Source: Candidatus Latescibacterota bacterium
GTDB lineage: Bacteria; Latescibacterota; UBA2968; UBA8231
Direction of reading: 5' to 3'
Length of the DNA stretch: 64,000 bases
Assembly: GCA_965204725.1 (NCBI GenBank)
Contig: OZ242005.1
Location: 5,248,001 to 5,312,000 of the forward strand
The notes beneath the pieces were generated by a model, which saw nothing but the letters and a program-made list of their open reading frames with translations, was not told where the DNA came from and did no database searches. Made by a program: the position numbers and the translations under genes. Positions 19,002-27,732 of this stretch are shown in pieces (the stretch's first letter is position 1; each line of letters begins with the position of its first letter).

Positions 19002-19981
19002 GAACCCTCCGTGTGCAGGTGACAGGCCACTCGATGCTCGGTCGCGACCACTTTCAGCCCCGGTACGCGGGTCGAGCAGCGATCCAGTGCCTGCGGACAG
19101 CGCGGGTGGAAGGGGCAACCCGGCGGCGGGTCCAGCAGCGAGGGGGGCAGTCCGGGGATGCCGCGGAATACGCCCTTGTGCTCCAGAGACGGCAGGCTTT
19201 CTACCAGCATGCGCGTGTACGGATGCAGCGGTGCTTCGAGTAGGCCCTGCACAGGCCCAAGCTCGGCCAACCGGCCGGCGTACATCACGCCGATGCGGTC
19301 CACGCACTGAGCCATTAGGCCCATGTCGTGGCCGACCAAAATCACGGCCGCGTCGAGTTCCTGTTGCAGGCGGAACAAGGTGTCCATCACCCGCTTTTGC
19401 ACGACCACGTCCAAGGCACTAGTTGGCTCGTCGGCAATGATCACCTCGGGACGCAAGGCTACTGCCATGGCCATGCCGATGCGCTGCTTCATGCCGCCGC
19501 TGAGCTCGTGGGGGTACATGCGCGCGGTCGCCGGGTCTAGCTCGACTAGGGCCAGCAGGCTTTTCACCCGCTCCTGCAGGGCCGCGCGGTCTGGTCGCTC
19601 CTCGTGCGCCGCAATCGTGTCGGCTATCTGCGCCCCCACCCGCATCACTGGATTGAGCGAGTTCATCACGCCTTGGGGGATCAGGGAAATGCGCGAAAAG
19701 CGCACGCCCCGCAGCTCCTCCTCGGATAGCGCGAGCAACTCCAGTTCGCCGAGATTGATCCGGCCTGCTTCGATCCGCCCGGGGGGCCGGATCAGCCGCA
19801 TCAGGGCCAGGGCCGTCGTGGATTTGCCCGAGCCCGATTCGCCGGCCAAGCCCAGCCGCTCGCCCGAGCGCAGCTCAAATTCGACGCCCTCCACGGCGCG
19901 CACCGGCCCCCTCGGCGTGTGGTAGTGGACGCGCAGGTCCTGCACCCGCAGCACGATTCGGCACTTGCGGCCGGCGTTCAC
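18998..19981 (-). CDS. Oligopeptide/dipeptide ABC ATP-binding protein (OppD/DppD-like)
   Basis: GESGSGKST, YPHELSGGMKQR, IADEPTSALD, GCPFHPRC; GTG 19981 overlaps permease stop. Confidence 0.92.
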   Translation of the reverse strand: MNAGRKCRIVLRVQDLRVHYHTPRGPVRAVEGVEFELRSGERLGLAGESGSGKSTTALALMRLIRPPGRIEAGRINLGELELLALSEEELRGVRFSRISLIPQGVMNSLNPVMRVGAQIADTIAAHEERPDRAALQERVKSLLALVELDPATARMYPHELSGGMKQRIGMAMAVALRPEVIIADEPTSALDVVVQKRVMDTLFRLQQELDAAVILVGHDMGLMAQCVDRIGVMYAGRLAELGPVQGLLEAPLHPYTRMLVESLPSLEHKGVFRGIPGLPPSLLDPPPGCPFHPRCPQALDRCSTRVPGLKVVATEHRVACHLHTEGS

Positions 19982-20835
19982 GACGAGACCCGCCATATAC
20001 GCGGATTGGCGATGCGATCCAATCCCATAGAGACGAGGAACAAGCCGAGAAAAATCAGCACGATCATCGCGATCGGCGGTGCCCACCACCACCACATGCC
20101 CCGCAGCAGCGAGGTGTAGTACAAAGCCCAATAGATGGTCATCCCGAGCGTCGGCTCGTTTTGCGGCCCTAGCCCCAACGCTTCTAGCCCAATGGAAGCC
20201 AGCACGGCCGCGGCCACCGCGCTGACAAAGCTGGCCGCTAGATAGGGCAGCAGATTCGGCAGCAACTCGCGGGCGATGATTTCGAGGTCCCTCATGCCGG
20301 AGAGCCGCGCCACCTGCACGTAGGCGCGCTCGCGCATCGACAGCACCTGCGAGCGGATGGTGCGCGTCGGCAGCATCCACGCCAGCGAGGCCACCACGAG
20401 GGCCATCATATCGACGGTGACGGCCGTGCGCAGCGAAGTGGCCAGCACCACGAGAAACAGCAGGCCGGGCACGGTCAGCAGCACATCGGCGGCACCCCGG
20501 ATTAGGGTATCGACTAAGCCGCCGAAGTACCCGGCGAGGAAGCCGAGGACGATGCCAATCCCAAGCCCCACCGCGCCGGCGAGAAAGCCAACTCTGAGCG
20601 TGAGCGGCGTGCCGGTCACCATCACCGCGAGCAGGTCCCGCCCGGCCGCATCCGTGCCGAGCAGGTACTCCAGCGAAGGCGACAGGTTGGGTACGGCCGA
20701 GCCAACGTGCGCCAGATCCGTATCGACGAATAGGCCCCCCAGCGGGCCGAAGGCCAGCACTGCGAAAACGACGATTAAGCCGGCCGCAAGCTGGGGATGG
20801 CGGCGCGCTGCGGCCGCAATCGGCGAGAGGGTCAT
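19978..20835 (-). CDS. ABC permease (OppC/DppC-like)
   Basis: LLGTDAAGRD, EAA-like YVQVARLSG, LLPNL. Confidence 0.92.
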   Translation of the reverse strand: MTLSPIAAAARRHPQLAAGLIVVFAVLAFGPLGGLFVDTDLAHVGSAVPNLSPSLEYLLGTDAAGRDLLAVMVTGTPLTLRVGFLAGAVGLGIGIVLGFLAGYFGGLVDTLIRGAADVLLTVPGLLFLVVLATSLRTAVTVDMMALVVASLAWMLPTRTIRSQVLSMRERAYVQVARLSGMRDLEIIARELLPNLLPYLAASFVSAVAAAVLASIGLEALGLGPQNEPTLGMTIYWALYYTSLLRGMWWWWAPPIAMIVLIFLGLFLVSMGLDRIANPRIWRVSS

Positions 20836-20883
20836 CAGGGGCAATCCACTTTTTTTGACTCCGCGTTAATTAAACCAGACAAA

Positions 20884-20912
20884 AAATTACCGATTATAAA
20901 TATAATTGGCAA
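20884..20912 (-). promoter_or_regulatory. Candidate internal sigma70 promoter overlapping an AT-rich palindrome
   Basis: Minus strand TTGCCA-17 nt-TAATTT; near-palindrome CCGATTATAAATATAATTGG at 20890-20909 in a very AT-rich spacer between the two permeases. Confidence 0.4.
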
Positions 20913-20936
20913 AGTTGCTACCGAGTATCGGCCATG

Positions 20937-21938
20937 TCAGCGGCGGTAGGCAATGCGCGGGTCGAGGAGCGGGTAGATCAAGTCGAGGATCAGGGTGACC
21001 ACGGCGATGGCGAAGACGACCATGAGCACGACTCCATAGATGACGAAGTAGTCAAAAGTCTGCACGGCGCGGTACAGCACCGTGCCCACCCCTGGGTACG
21101 CGAACACCACCTCCACCAGCACGGCCCCAGACACGACGTAGCCCATGGCCAGCGCCAAGGCCGTGGTTTGCGGCAACAGAGCGTTGCGGAGAGCGTAGCG
21201 GAAGAAGATGGCGCGGCTCGTCAGCCCCCGAGCCTCGGCGTAGTTGACGTAGTCCTCGCCTTGGACGGTGACCATCATGCCGCGCATTGACAACGCCCAG
21301 AACCCCACCGACGACAGCGCGATCGACAAGGCGGGGACGATGGAGTGATAGAGCACGTCGAGGGTAAAGGCCCAGGTCGGCCCGGGCAGGGTTCCCAAGG
21401 TGAAGCCGCCGCCGAGGGGAAAGGCGCGCAGGGTGAACCCGAGGACAAAGACGAGCACTAGGCCGAGCAGGTAGTAGGGGATGGCCGATAGGGCGAGGAA
21501 GGGCGCGGCCCAGTAGTGCAGGGCATTCGGGGAGCGCGGCCAAGCGAGCAACGCGCCGAGCACTGTGCCGAGGGCAAAGGCAATCAGCGTTGCGGTGGTC
21601 AGCAGACCGAGCGTCCACGGCAGGGCGCGCAGGATAATATCGGAAGTGCGGCTGGGAAAGTTGGCGATGGAAATCCCAAAGTCGAGGCGGGCCACATCCC
21701 CGAGGTAGCGGAGGTACTGCTTCCATAGGGGCTGGTCGAGTCCAAAGCGGGCCTCGTACGTGGCGACTACTGCCTCCATGTCGGTCTTGCCCGCGCCGCC
21801 GAAGGAGACCGCTTGCAACAGCCGCTCGCGGATGGGGTTCACCGGGGCCAGCCGAGGCATTAGGAAGTTGATGGTGGCCCCCGCCCACACGATCAGGAAG
21901 AATACCCCGAGGCGGCGGAAGACGTAGTTGAGCGACAA
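20937..21938 (-). CDS. ABC permease (OppB/DppB-like)
   Basis: FGLDQPLWKQY, DFGIS, EDYV.YAEARG, RNALLP, EVVFAYPG.G, YPLLDPRI. Confidence 0.93.
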   Translation of the reverse strand: MSLNYVFRRLGVFFLIVWAGATINFLMPRLAPVNPIRERLLQAVSFGGAGKTDMEAVVATYEARFGLDQPLWKQYLRYLGDVARLDFGISIANFPSRTSDIILRALPWTLGLLTTATLIAFALGTVLGALLAWPRSPNALHYWAAPFLALSAIPYYLLGLVLVFVLGFTLRAFPLGGGFTLGTLPGPTWAFTLDVLYHSIVPALSIALSSVGFWALSMRGMMVTVQGEDYVNYAEARGLTSRAIFFRYALRNALLPQTTALALAMGYVVSGAVLVEVVFAYPGVGTVLYRAVQTFDYFVIYGVVLMVVFAIAVVTLILDLIYPLLDPRIAYRR

Positions 21939-21939
21939 G

Positions 21940-23082
21940 TCAGCGCGGCTCCAAGTCGAAGAAACCGAGGTCCTCGCGCACCGCGCCGCGGGCTACGTCC
22001 TCGTCGAGCGCGACGCCGAGACCGGGCGTTTGCGGCAAGGGAATCCGCCCGTTGGCGATTAGGTCGCGCTCCACCGTGAGGCTGTTCCACAGCTCGTTGT
22101 CGAGGTGGTGGAACTCCAGCACTTGAAAATTGGGGGAAGCCGCGCACGCATGGCACATAGCCACGGTGCCGATCGGGCTACAGATGTTGTGCGGCGAAAT
22201 CGGGATGTAGTAGATGTCGGCCAAGTCGGCGATGCGCCGCCCCTCGGACAGGCCGCCGGCCTTGGCCAGATCGGGAGCGATGATATCCGCGGCCTGCGTC
22301 TCGACCAACTCGCGGAACCCGTGGCGCGTGTACAGGTTTTCGCCCGTGCAGATCGGAGTGCGCGTCGCGGTCTTTACCTCCTTGAGCGCGGCGACGTTTT
22401 CGGCCGGAATTGGATCTTCCAACCACATCAAATTTAGCGCTTCAAAGGCATAGGCAACCTTGAGAATGTCGTGTGGCGCGTAGGCCCAGTGGGCGTCGAT
22501 GAGCAAATCCGTGTTGGGGTGCAACGCCTCGCGGATCGCCGTGACCACTTCGAGGTGGAAGGCGATGTCGCTGTTGCTCATGGTGCGGTTGTAGTGGTCG
22601 CGCCGGTCGGGCCGCGGATCAATGTCGAATTTGATGGCGTCAAAGCCGCGGGCTTCCACTTGCTTGGCCTTGGCGACCCAAGATTCGGGCTCGTCGAGCT
22701 CGTCGCCAGCGTGGCAGTCGTTGTACAGGCGAATCGAGTCGCGGTACGCGCCGCCCAGCAACTGCCAGATCGGCACGCCAATCGCCTGCCCGGCGATGTC
22801 CCACAGCGCCATCTCAATGCCGCTGATCGCGCTCATCACCGCCCCTTGGTAGTACCCCGATGCCGACATCGAGCTTTTCATGTCGCGGAAGAGTTTATCG
22901 ACGTTGCGCGGGTCTTGGCCGATGAGGGCGCGTTGGGTGAGGCGTTCATCCACGGCGATGTGGTGGACGCCCGCCCCGTGATAGGCTTCGCCGAGGCCGG
23001 TGATCCCCGCGTCGGTATGCACCCTGACCAGCACCCAAGGCATGGGTTGCAGTAGCACGGCACCCACCCCAACAATTTTCAT
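21940..23082 (-). CDS. Mandelate racemase/muconate lactonizing enzyme family (galactonate dehydratase-like)
   Basis: TDAGITGLGE, ALWDIAGQ, KFD, IDAH, WLEDP, TGEN, SPHN, PGLGV. Confidence 0.9.
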   Translation of the reverse strand: MKIVGVGAVLLQPMPWVLVRVHTDAGITGLGEAYHGAGVHHIAVDERLTQRALIGQDPRNVDKLFRDMKSSMSASGYYQGAVMSAISGIEMALWDIAGQAIGVPIWQLLGGAYRDSIRLYNDCHAGDELDEPESWVAKAKQVEARGFDAIKFDIDPRPDRRDHYNRTMSNSDIAFHLEVVTAIREALHPNTDLLIDAHWAYAPHDILKVAYAFEALNLMWLEDPIPAENVAALKEVKTATRTPICTGENLYTRHGFRELVETQAADIIAPDLAKAGGLSEGRRIADLADIYYIPISPHNICSPIGTVAMCHACAASPNFQVLEFHHLDNELWNSLTVERDLIANGRIPLPQTPGLGVALDEDVARGAVREDLGFFDLEPR

Positions 23083-23252
23083 GCGCTAACCTCCCCGTCT
23101 GTCGGTAGCAAACCCCATCCTCAATACCAGCGCGCGACCTCGGTGCGCTGTTCGCAGCCATTGAATGAGGACGAGTGCCTTGTTACTATTGGACAAGGCC
23201 GCCAAAATATCGCCTCCCCTACTTTCCGTCAAGCGTTCTTAGGAGAACCGAC

Positions 23253-24086
23253 ATGATCCGACTCAACCAACAGCAACTCAACTTTTTCGACACCTTCGGC
23301 TACCTCGCGCTGCCGGGATTGATGGCCGACTGCATCGATGAGATCACCGCCGCCTTTGAGCAGGTTTGGGCCGAGCGCGGCGGGGGCCACGACGGCCAGC
23401 CGCACGACGGCCAACGGCGTTCCTGCATCGTGCCCTTTATCGATCAACACGAGCGCCTGTGCGCGTTGCTCGACGATCCGCGCATTGAGGGGTTGCTGGC
23501 CAGCCTGCTCGGCGACGACTTCAACTACAGCAGCTCCGACGGCAACTACTACGCCGGCGACACCCAATGGCATTCCGATGGCTACCAAAAGGAAGTGCGC
23601 CACGTCAAGATTGCCTTCTACCTCGACGACCTGACGCGCGACACCGGCTGCCTGCGCGTGATCCCGGGCAGCCATCGGCGCGGCGACCAATATGCCGAAG
23701 CACTCGAAGCGCATGCCCGCCAATCGCACACCCAGTGGGGCCTCGCCGGCGACCAAGTGCCGGCCGTCGCGCTCGAAATCGTCCGCGGCGACGTCGTCGT
23801 GTTTCAGCACAACCTCAAACACGCCGCCTTTGGAGGCGGCGGTCGGCGCCGCATGTTCACCATCAACTGCATGGTGCGCGTGCCCGACGAGCAGATCGAC
23901 CTCGTCAAACAAGACCTCGCCGGGCTGGCCCGCTTCTGGGCCGAGCGCGCGTACGGCGAAACCATGATCGCCACGGCGAGCGAACGCCGCATGGTGCATC
24001 TCGAACAGCGAATGGCCCACGACGGGCACCTCAAACAGCTAGCGGCGAAGGCGCGGTCGGAGATGGCCGAGCCTTCGCGGGGATAG
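23253..24086 (+). CDS. Phytanoyl-CoA dioxygenase (PhyH) family 2OG/Fe(II) oxygenase
   Basis: FFDTFGYL, WHSD, GCLRVIPGSH, distal H in LKHA; AGGAG RBS before ATG 23253. Confidence 0.9.
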   Translation: MIRLNQQQLNFFDTFGYLALPGLMADCIDEITAAFEQVWAERGGGHDGQPHDGQRRSCIVPFIDQHERLCALLDDPRIEGLLASLLGDDFNYSSSDGNYYAGDTQWHSDGYQKEVRHVKIAFYLDDLTRDTGCLRVIPGSHRRGDQYAEALEAHARQSHTQWGLAGDQVPAVALEIVRGDVVVFQHNLKHAAFGGGGRRRMFTINCMVRVPDEQIDLVKQDLAGLARFWAERAYGETMIATASERRMVHLEQRMAHDGHLKQLAAKARSEMAEPSRG

Positions 24087-24092
24087 GCCATT

Positions 24093-25019
24093 ATGAGCGA
24101 CCACTACGAATTCAAACTGGGGATTTACCTCGGCGAGCTACAACAGCCATTTGAGCAATCGCTGGCAACGGCGCGCGACCTCGGTGCGCGCTACGTCTGG
24201 TGCGGCACCCACTCGGCCAATCGCAGCCTGTACGAGCTTTCCGACGCCGAGATCGACCGATCCGCCGAGCAGGTGGCCGCGCACGGTCTCGAGTTTTTCC
24301 TGCTCGACAGCGCCGGGTTGTTCAAGACCGTGCACCTCGCCGAGCTCGAGCCGGGCAAAATGCTCGAACACGCCCAGTTCAAGGAGCACTTCGACAAACT
24401 AGACCGGTCAATGGAGGTCTCGGCTCGCTTGGGAATTGCCGCGGTCGGTTGCAGCAGCTTTGCGTGGCCGGCCGAGTACACCGGCGGCAAGCCGACTTGG
24501 CCGATGCGCTGGGCAACTCGGGGCGGCATCATCTCCGACGGCGACATGGAAAAGCTGGTCGAGGCGTTTTCGCGGTTCGCCGATCTCGCCGAGAAACGCG
24601 ACGTGGATATCGCCTTCCTGATGATGCAGTGGAACTACGGCAACACCAGCCGCAATTTCCGCCGCATCGTCGAGGCGGTCGGCTCGCGGCGGTTCAAGGT
24701 GCTGTGGTGCCCGGCGGACAACTACAACTGCGGCGAAATCGACAATGCCACCGCCGGGTTTGAAAACCTGCGCCCCTACTTGCACGGCGTCCACGCCAAA
24801 GACCTGCGCACCATAAACGGCTCAACGCTCGAATTCGAGTACGCGCCCATCGGCGAGGGCGACGTGGATTACCCGACGATCCTGCGCAACCTGCGCGACA
24901 ACCGCTGCGACGTCGTCTTGTCGATTGCAACCCATTTTCTGCCGGCAAGCGGCTCGCGCCTCGAAGCCATGCAGACGAACTACGCCAACATCCGCCGGCT
25001 AATCGGGGAGTTGTCCTAG
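24093..25019 (+). CDS. Sugar phosphate isomerase/epimerase (xylose isomerase-like TIM barrel)
   Basis: VHAKD, PIGEGDVDY, LSIATH. Confidence 0.8.
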   Translation: MSDHYEFKLGIYLGELQQPFEQSLATARDLGARYVWCGTHSANRSLYELSDAEIDRSAEQVAAHGLEFFLLDSAGLFKTVHLAELEPGKMLEHAQFKEHFDKLDRSMEVSARLGIAAVGCSSFAWPAEYTGGKPTWPMRWATRGGIISDGDMEKLVEAFSRFADLAEKRDVDIAFLMMQWNYGNTSRNFRRIVEAVGSRRFKVLWCPADNYNCGEIDNATAGFENLRPYLHGVHAKDLRTINGSTLEFEYAPIGEGDVDYPTILRNLRDNRCDVVLSIATHFLPASGSRLEAMQTNYANIRRLIGELS

Positions 25020-25023
25020 TGGC

Positions 25024-25530
25024 CTAGTTTAAGTGCGCGAGAACCTCTGCCGGGGCGACTAAATCAAACTGATTCGAGCCAATATACATGTACTGGATCA
25101 CGCCGAGTTCATCGATGATAAACGTCGCGGGACGGGCAATGCTGTTGCGGAGGTTGCGGTCGGCCAAGCCGATGGAGTTGGACAACGAATAGCCGAGTTT
25201 GTCGGCGATGAACGTCGCCGGGCGGAAAATGTTGTACGCGAAATTGTGAACGGCTAGGCCAAACCAGTGATATACCCCATAGCTTTTGATGACGCTCTGG
25301 TCTGCGTCCAACAGAAGCGGATAGGTGATGCCGCCGCGCTCGGCATATTCGCGCAGTTCGCTGAGCGGCTGCCCGGCGGCGATGGCCATAGACGCTGCGT
25401 TGCGTTGGGTGCATGCGTCGAGGTGTTCTTGCACGGTCGCCAACTGACGACGGCTTCTCCTTCACCAAGTTCCCCGAAAAAACGTCAGGATGACGCGGCC
25501 TTTCCCTCTGCGCCCCGATCGTCTGGGCAT
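25024..25530 (-). CDS. AhpC/TSA (redoxin)-like protein with in-frame UGA at the catalytic Cys position; probable selenoprotein, N-terminus possibly truncated
   Basis: Reading through TGA 25464-25462 gives RGKGRVILTFFRGTW-U-RRSRRQL...YPLLLD...YGV...ARPATFIID..G.IQY. Confidence 0.7.
25430..25464 (-). promoter_or_regulatory. Candidate bacterial SECIS element
   Basis: UGA-AGGAGAAGCC-GUCGUC(AGUU)GGCGAC hairpin; apical loop begins 16 nt after UGA and contains GU. Confidence 0.55.
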
Positions 25531-25759
25531 GCTTGAGTATCGTCGAGGAAAAGTTGGTCGACGCCAGCGCTAAATGCGCGGCGCTGAGGGGCACCCCATA
25601 GACCGACTCGTCCCAGTTGCCCGAGGAGCGAATCAACCGCCTGACCTGTGTGTGGACCAGCCGGATGCGGACCGACTGCTTCCAACCGTCGGACTGCCGT
25701 GTAAATATAGCAATTCTACATCATTCAAGGTTAGCGGGAATCATTTAGGACTGCTATCG

Positions 25760-26436
25760 TCAGTTTAGATGGCGGCCGATGCGGCGGCTTATTGCGTCGT
25801 AGCTCAATCCCCGCTCGTGGATCTGGGCGATCTCGTGGACGATCTGCTTTTCCTTGAAGACGAGTATCCGGCCGGCCAAGCCGATGATCTCCGGCATGTC
25901 CGACGAGATCAAAATGATGGCCTTGCCTTCTTGGGCCGCCAAATCCCAGAGCAAGCGGTGAATTTGGGCCTTGGCTTGGATATCCACCCCAACAGTCGGC
26001 TCATCGACGATCAGGATATCGCAGCCGGCCGCCAGCCACTTGCCCAAGCTGACCTTCTGCTGATTGCCGCCGCTGAGGTGGCCTACTTCTTGGTCCAAGC
26101 CCGTCGTGCGAATATCCAGCGCGGCGACCATGGCCTGCGCGGCTTGGGTCTCGGCCCGGTCGTCAATCCGGCGCGTGAACTTGCCGACGATCCGCTCCCA
26201 TATTGTAATGCCGAGATTGGTGCGAACGGCTGAGTCCAGCAGCAGGCCCTCTTCTTTGCGGTTTTCGGTTACGTAGGCCATCCTGTGTTGGTACAGGCTG
26301 TCGGCCACCGAGCCGATCCGCGCTTTGACGCCGTGGATATAGACGGCACCCCGCTCGGCCGGCTCGGCCCCGACCAAGCCGTACAAGCCCAAAATCTCGC
26401 CCGCGTAGAGCGAAAAGCTCACGCCGTGCGCTCCCG
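25760..26436 (-). pseudogene. 3' half of a sugar ABC ATPase (RbsA/MglA-like), 5'-truncated with internal deletion
   Basis: VSFSLYAGEILGLYGLVGA, TENRKEEG, LSGGNQQKV, VDEPTVGVD, ISSDMPE; first NBD missing; the usual GRTEL...FG segment after GLVGA is absent. Confidence 0.8.
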
Positions 26437-27732
26437 TCAACAAGCGGTCATTAGGCCCGCCTGATACCCGCGCCTTACCTCGCGGCAGAACCTTTCGTAG
26501 TCGTTCAGAGATACGGGCCGGTAATGGGCTAAATCGTTGCGGATCTGCCGCGACCAACGCGCTAGGTGGGTCCACCGCCGTTCCCGCTCGAGCTTCGGGC
26601 AGTTCCACAGCAGCGATTCGAGATGGCCCCACTGACAGGCAAAGGGCGTATCTCGCACGGCCTGACGCTCGGTGTCAAGGTCCGGTTCTTGCCACTTATA
26701 GGGCCAATCTCGTCCATACAACCCGTTGAGGTGGGCGCATAACGCCAATCGCGCTTCGTCAATTTGGGGCAACAGCAGGCCAGCCTGACCGCGCCATAAG
26801 CGATGGTCTAAGGCTTCTTGTCGGTTGAGTTGGGCCAAGACCGCGCTGTGGCGTTGTAGGCCGTGTTCTAGCGTCCAATGCACCAGCCCCCGGGCCCAGA
26901 CTTGATACAAAGGAGCGGGCAAGGGCCAGCCCTCCTGCCGCGTCCCTTCTCGGGGCAGACCTTCCATGGACAACGCTTCTAACTCGGCCTTTGTCCAGCC
27001 GCGCTCCTCGGCAAAGGCCCGCAGCACGTCCGCCAATTCGGCACCCGTGCTGTACGCCTGAACCCATAAATAATCACCCAAGCCCAGATCCGACCCCGCA
27101 ATGGCTGGAATCACCCACTCTTTCCAACGGCTCAGGGGCGTAGAATCCTGCGCGGAGGCCAATTGACACAATAGCCGCATTTCCAAGGTCGTCGGGATGC
27201 CCCACCAGACGTGGACCGCCAACAATACATTGGTCGCGGGCGGCGGGGGCGGCACCTTCGACGCTGGGGCGAGGAGACACAGGGCCGGCAGCATTTTGGC
27301 CCGCTCTTCGTCGGTCGAGCGCCGGCCTTGGCACACTTCAGCCCACTGCACCATAAATTGCAGCCAACGCCTTCGGTCGTCTTCAGTTAGCTCGTCAAAA
27401 CCATCGAGAAACAGGACTTCGGGCAAGCCTGCTCGTCTCAGGAGATTCTCTACAGTGCGCGGCGCGGTGGAAGCACCCCAATCTATGCCCAGCGTTTGGG
27501 CCAGAGCCGCCGCAAGCATTTGCGCATCTAACTGGGGCGCGAAAACCTCATGGACCCGCAAATCCCGATATTCCAAACCGTTCAACAAATTCGACCGCAG
27601 CAGGCTGGGGTCCACTCCTTCGGGCAGCAGGCCCAACACGCTGCGACCCGACCGCAAGTCGTCCAATATCCGATCGAGCAGTTGCCGGACCGTGGGCATC
27701 TGTATGAGGGAGGTCGCCAGTCCCAAGCTCAT
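26437..27732 (-). CDS. Degenerate P-loop/STAND-like protein with C-terminal HEPN-like RNase motif
   Basis: Walker-B-like VLFLDGFD without intact Walker A; RNDLAH (RxxxxH) at 26541-26524; ATGA-coupled to upstream gene. Confidence 0.6.
   Translation of the reverse strand: MSLGLATSLIQMPTVRQLLDRILDDLRSGRSVLGLLPEGVDPSLLRSNLLNGLEYRDLRVHEVFAPQLDAQMLAAALAQTLGIDWGASTAPRTVENLLRRAGLPEVLFLDGFDELTEDDRRRWLQFMVQWAEVCQGRRSTDEERAKMLPALCLLAPASKVPPPPPATNVLLAVHVWWGIPTTLEMRLLCQLASAQDSTPLSRWKEWVIPAIAGSDLGLGDYLWVQAYSTGAELADVLRAFAEERGWTKAELEALSMEGLPREGTRQEGWPLPAPLYQVWARGLVHWTLEHGLQRHSAVLAQLNRQEALDHRLWRGQAGLLLPQIDEARLALCAHLNGLYGRDWPYKWQEPDLDTERQAVRDTPFACQWGHLESLLWNCPKLERERRWTHLARWSRQIRNDLAHYRPVSLNDYERFCREVRRGYQAGLMTAC

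Noticed and set aside
19001-20380. Long N-terminal extensions of the OppF/OppD ORFs in the track
   Set aside because: They overlap upstream genes; coupled starts at 19001 and 19981 fit family lengths.
26437-26632. N-terminal part of ORF 25760..26632 as real protein
   Set aside because: It is an alternative frame overlapping the HEPN gene; ABC homology starts only near 26436.
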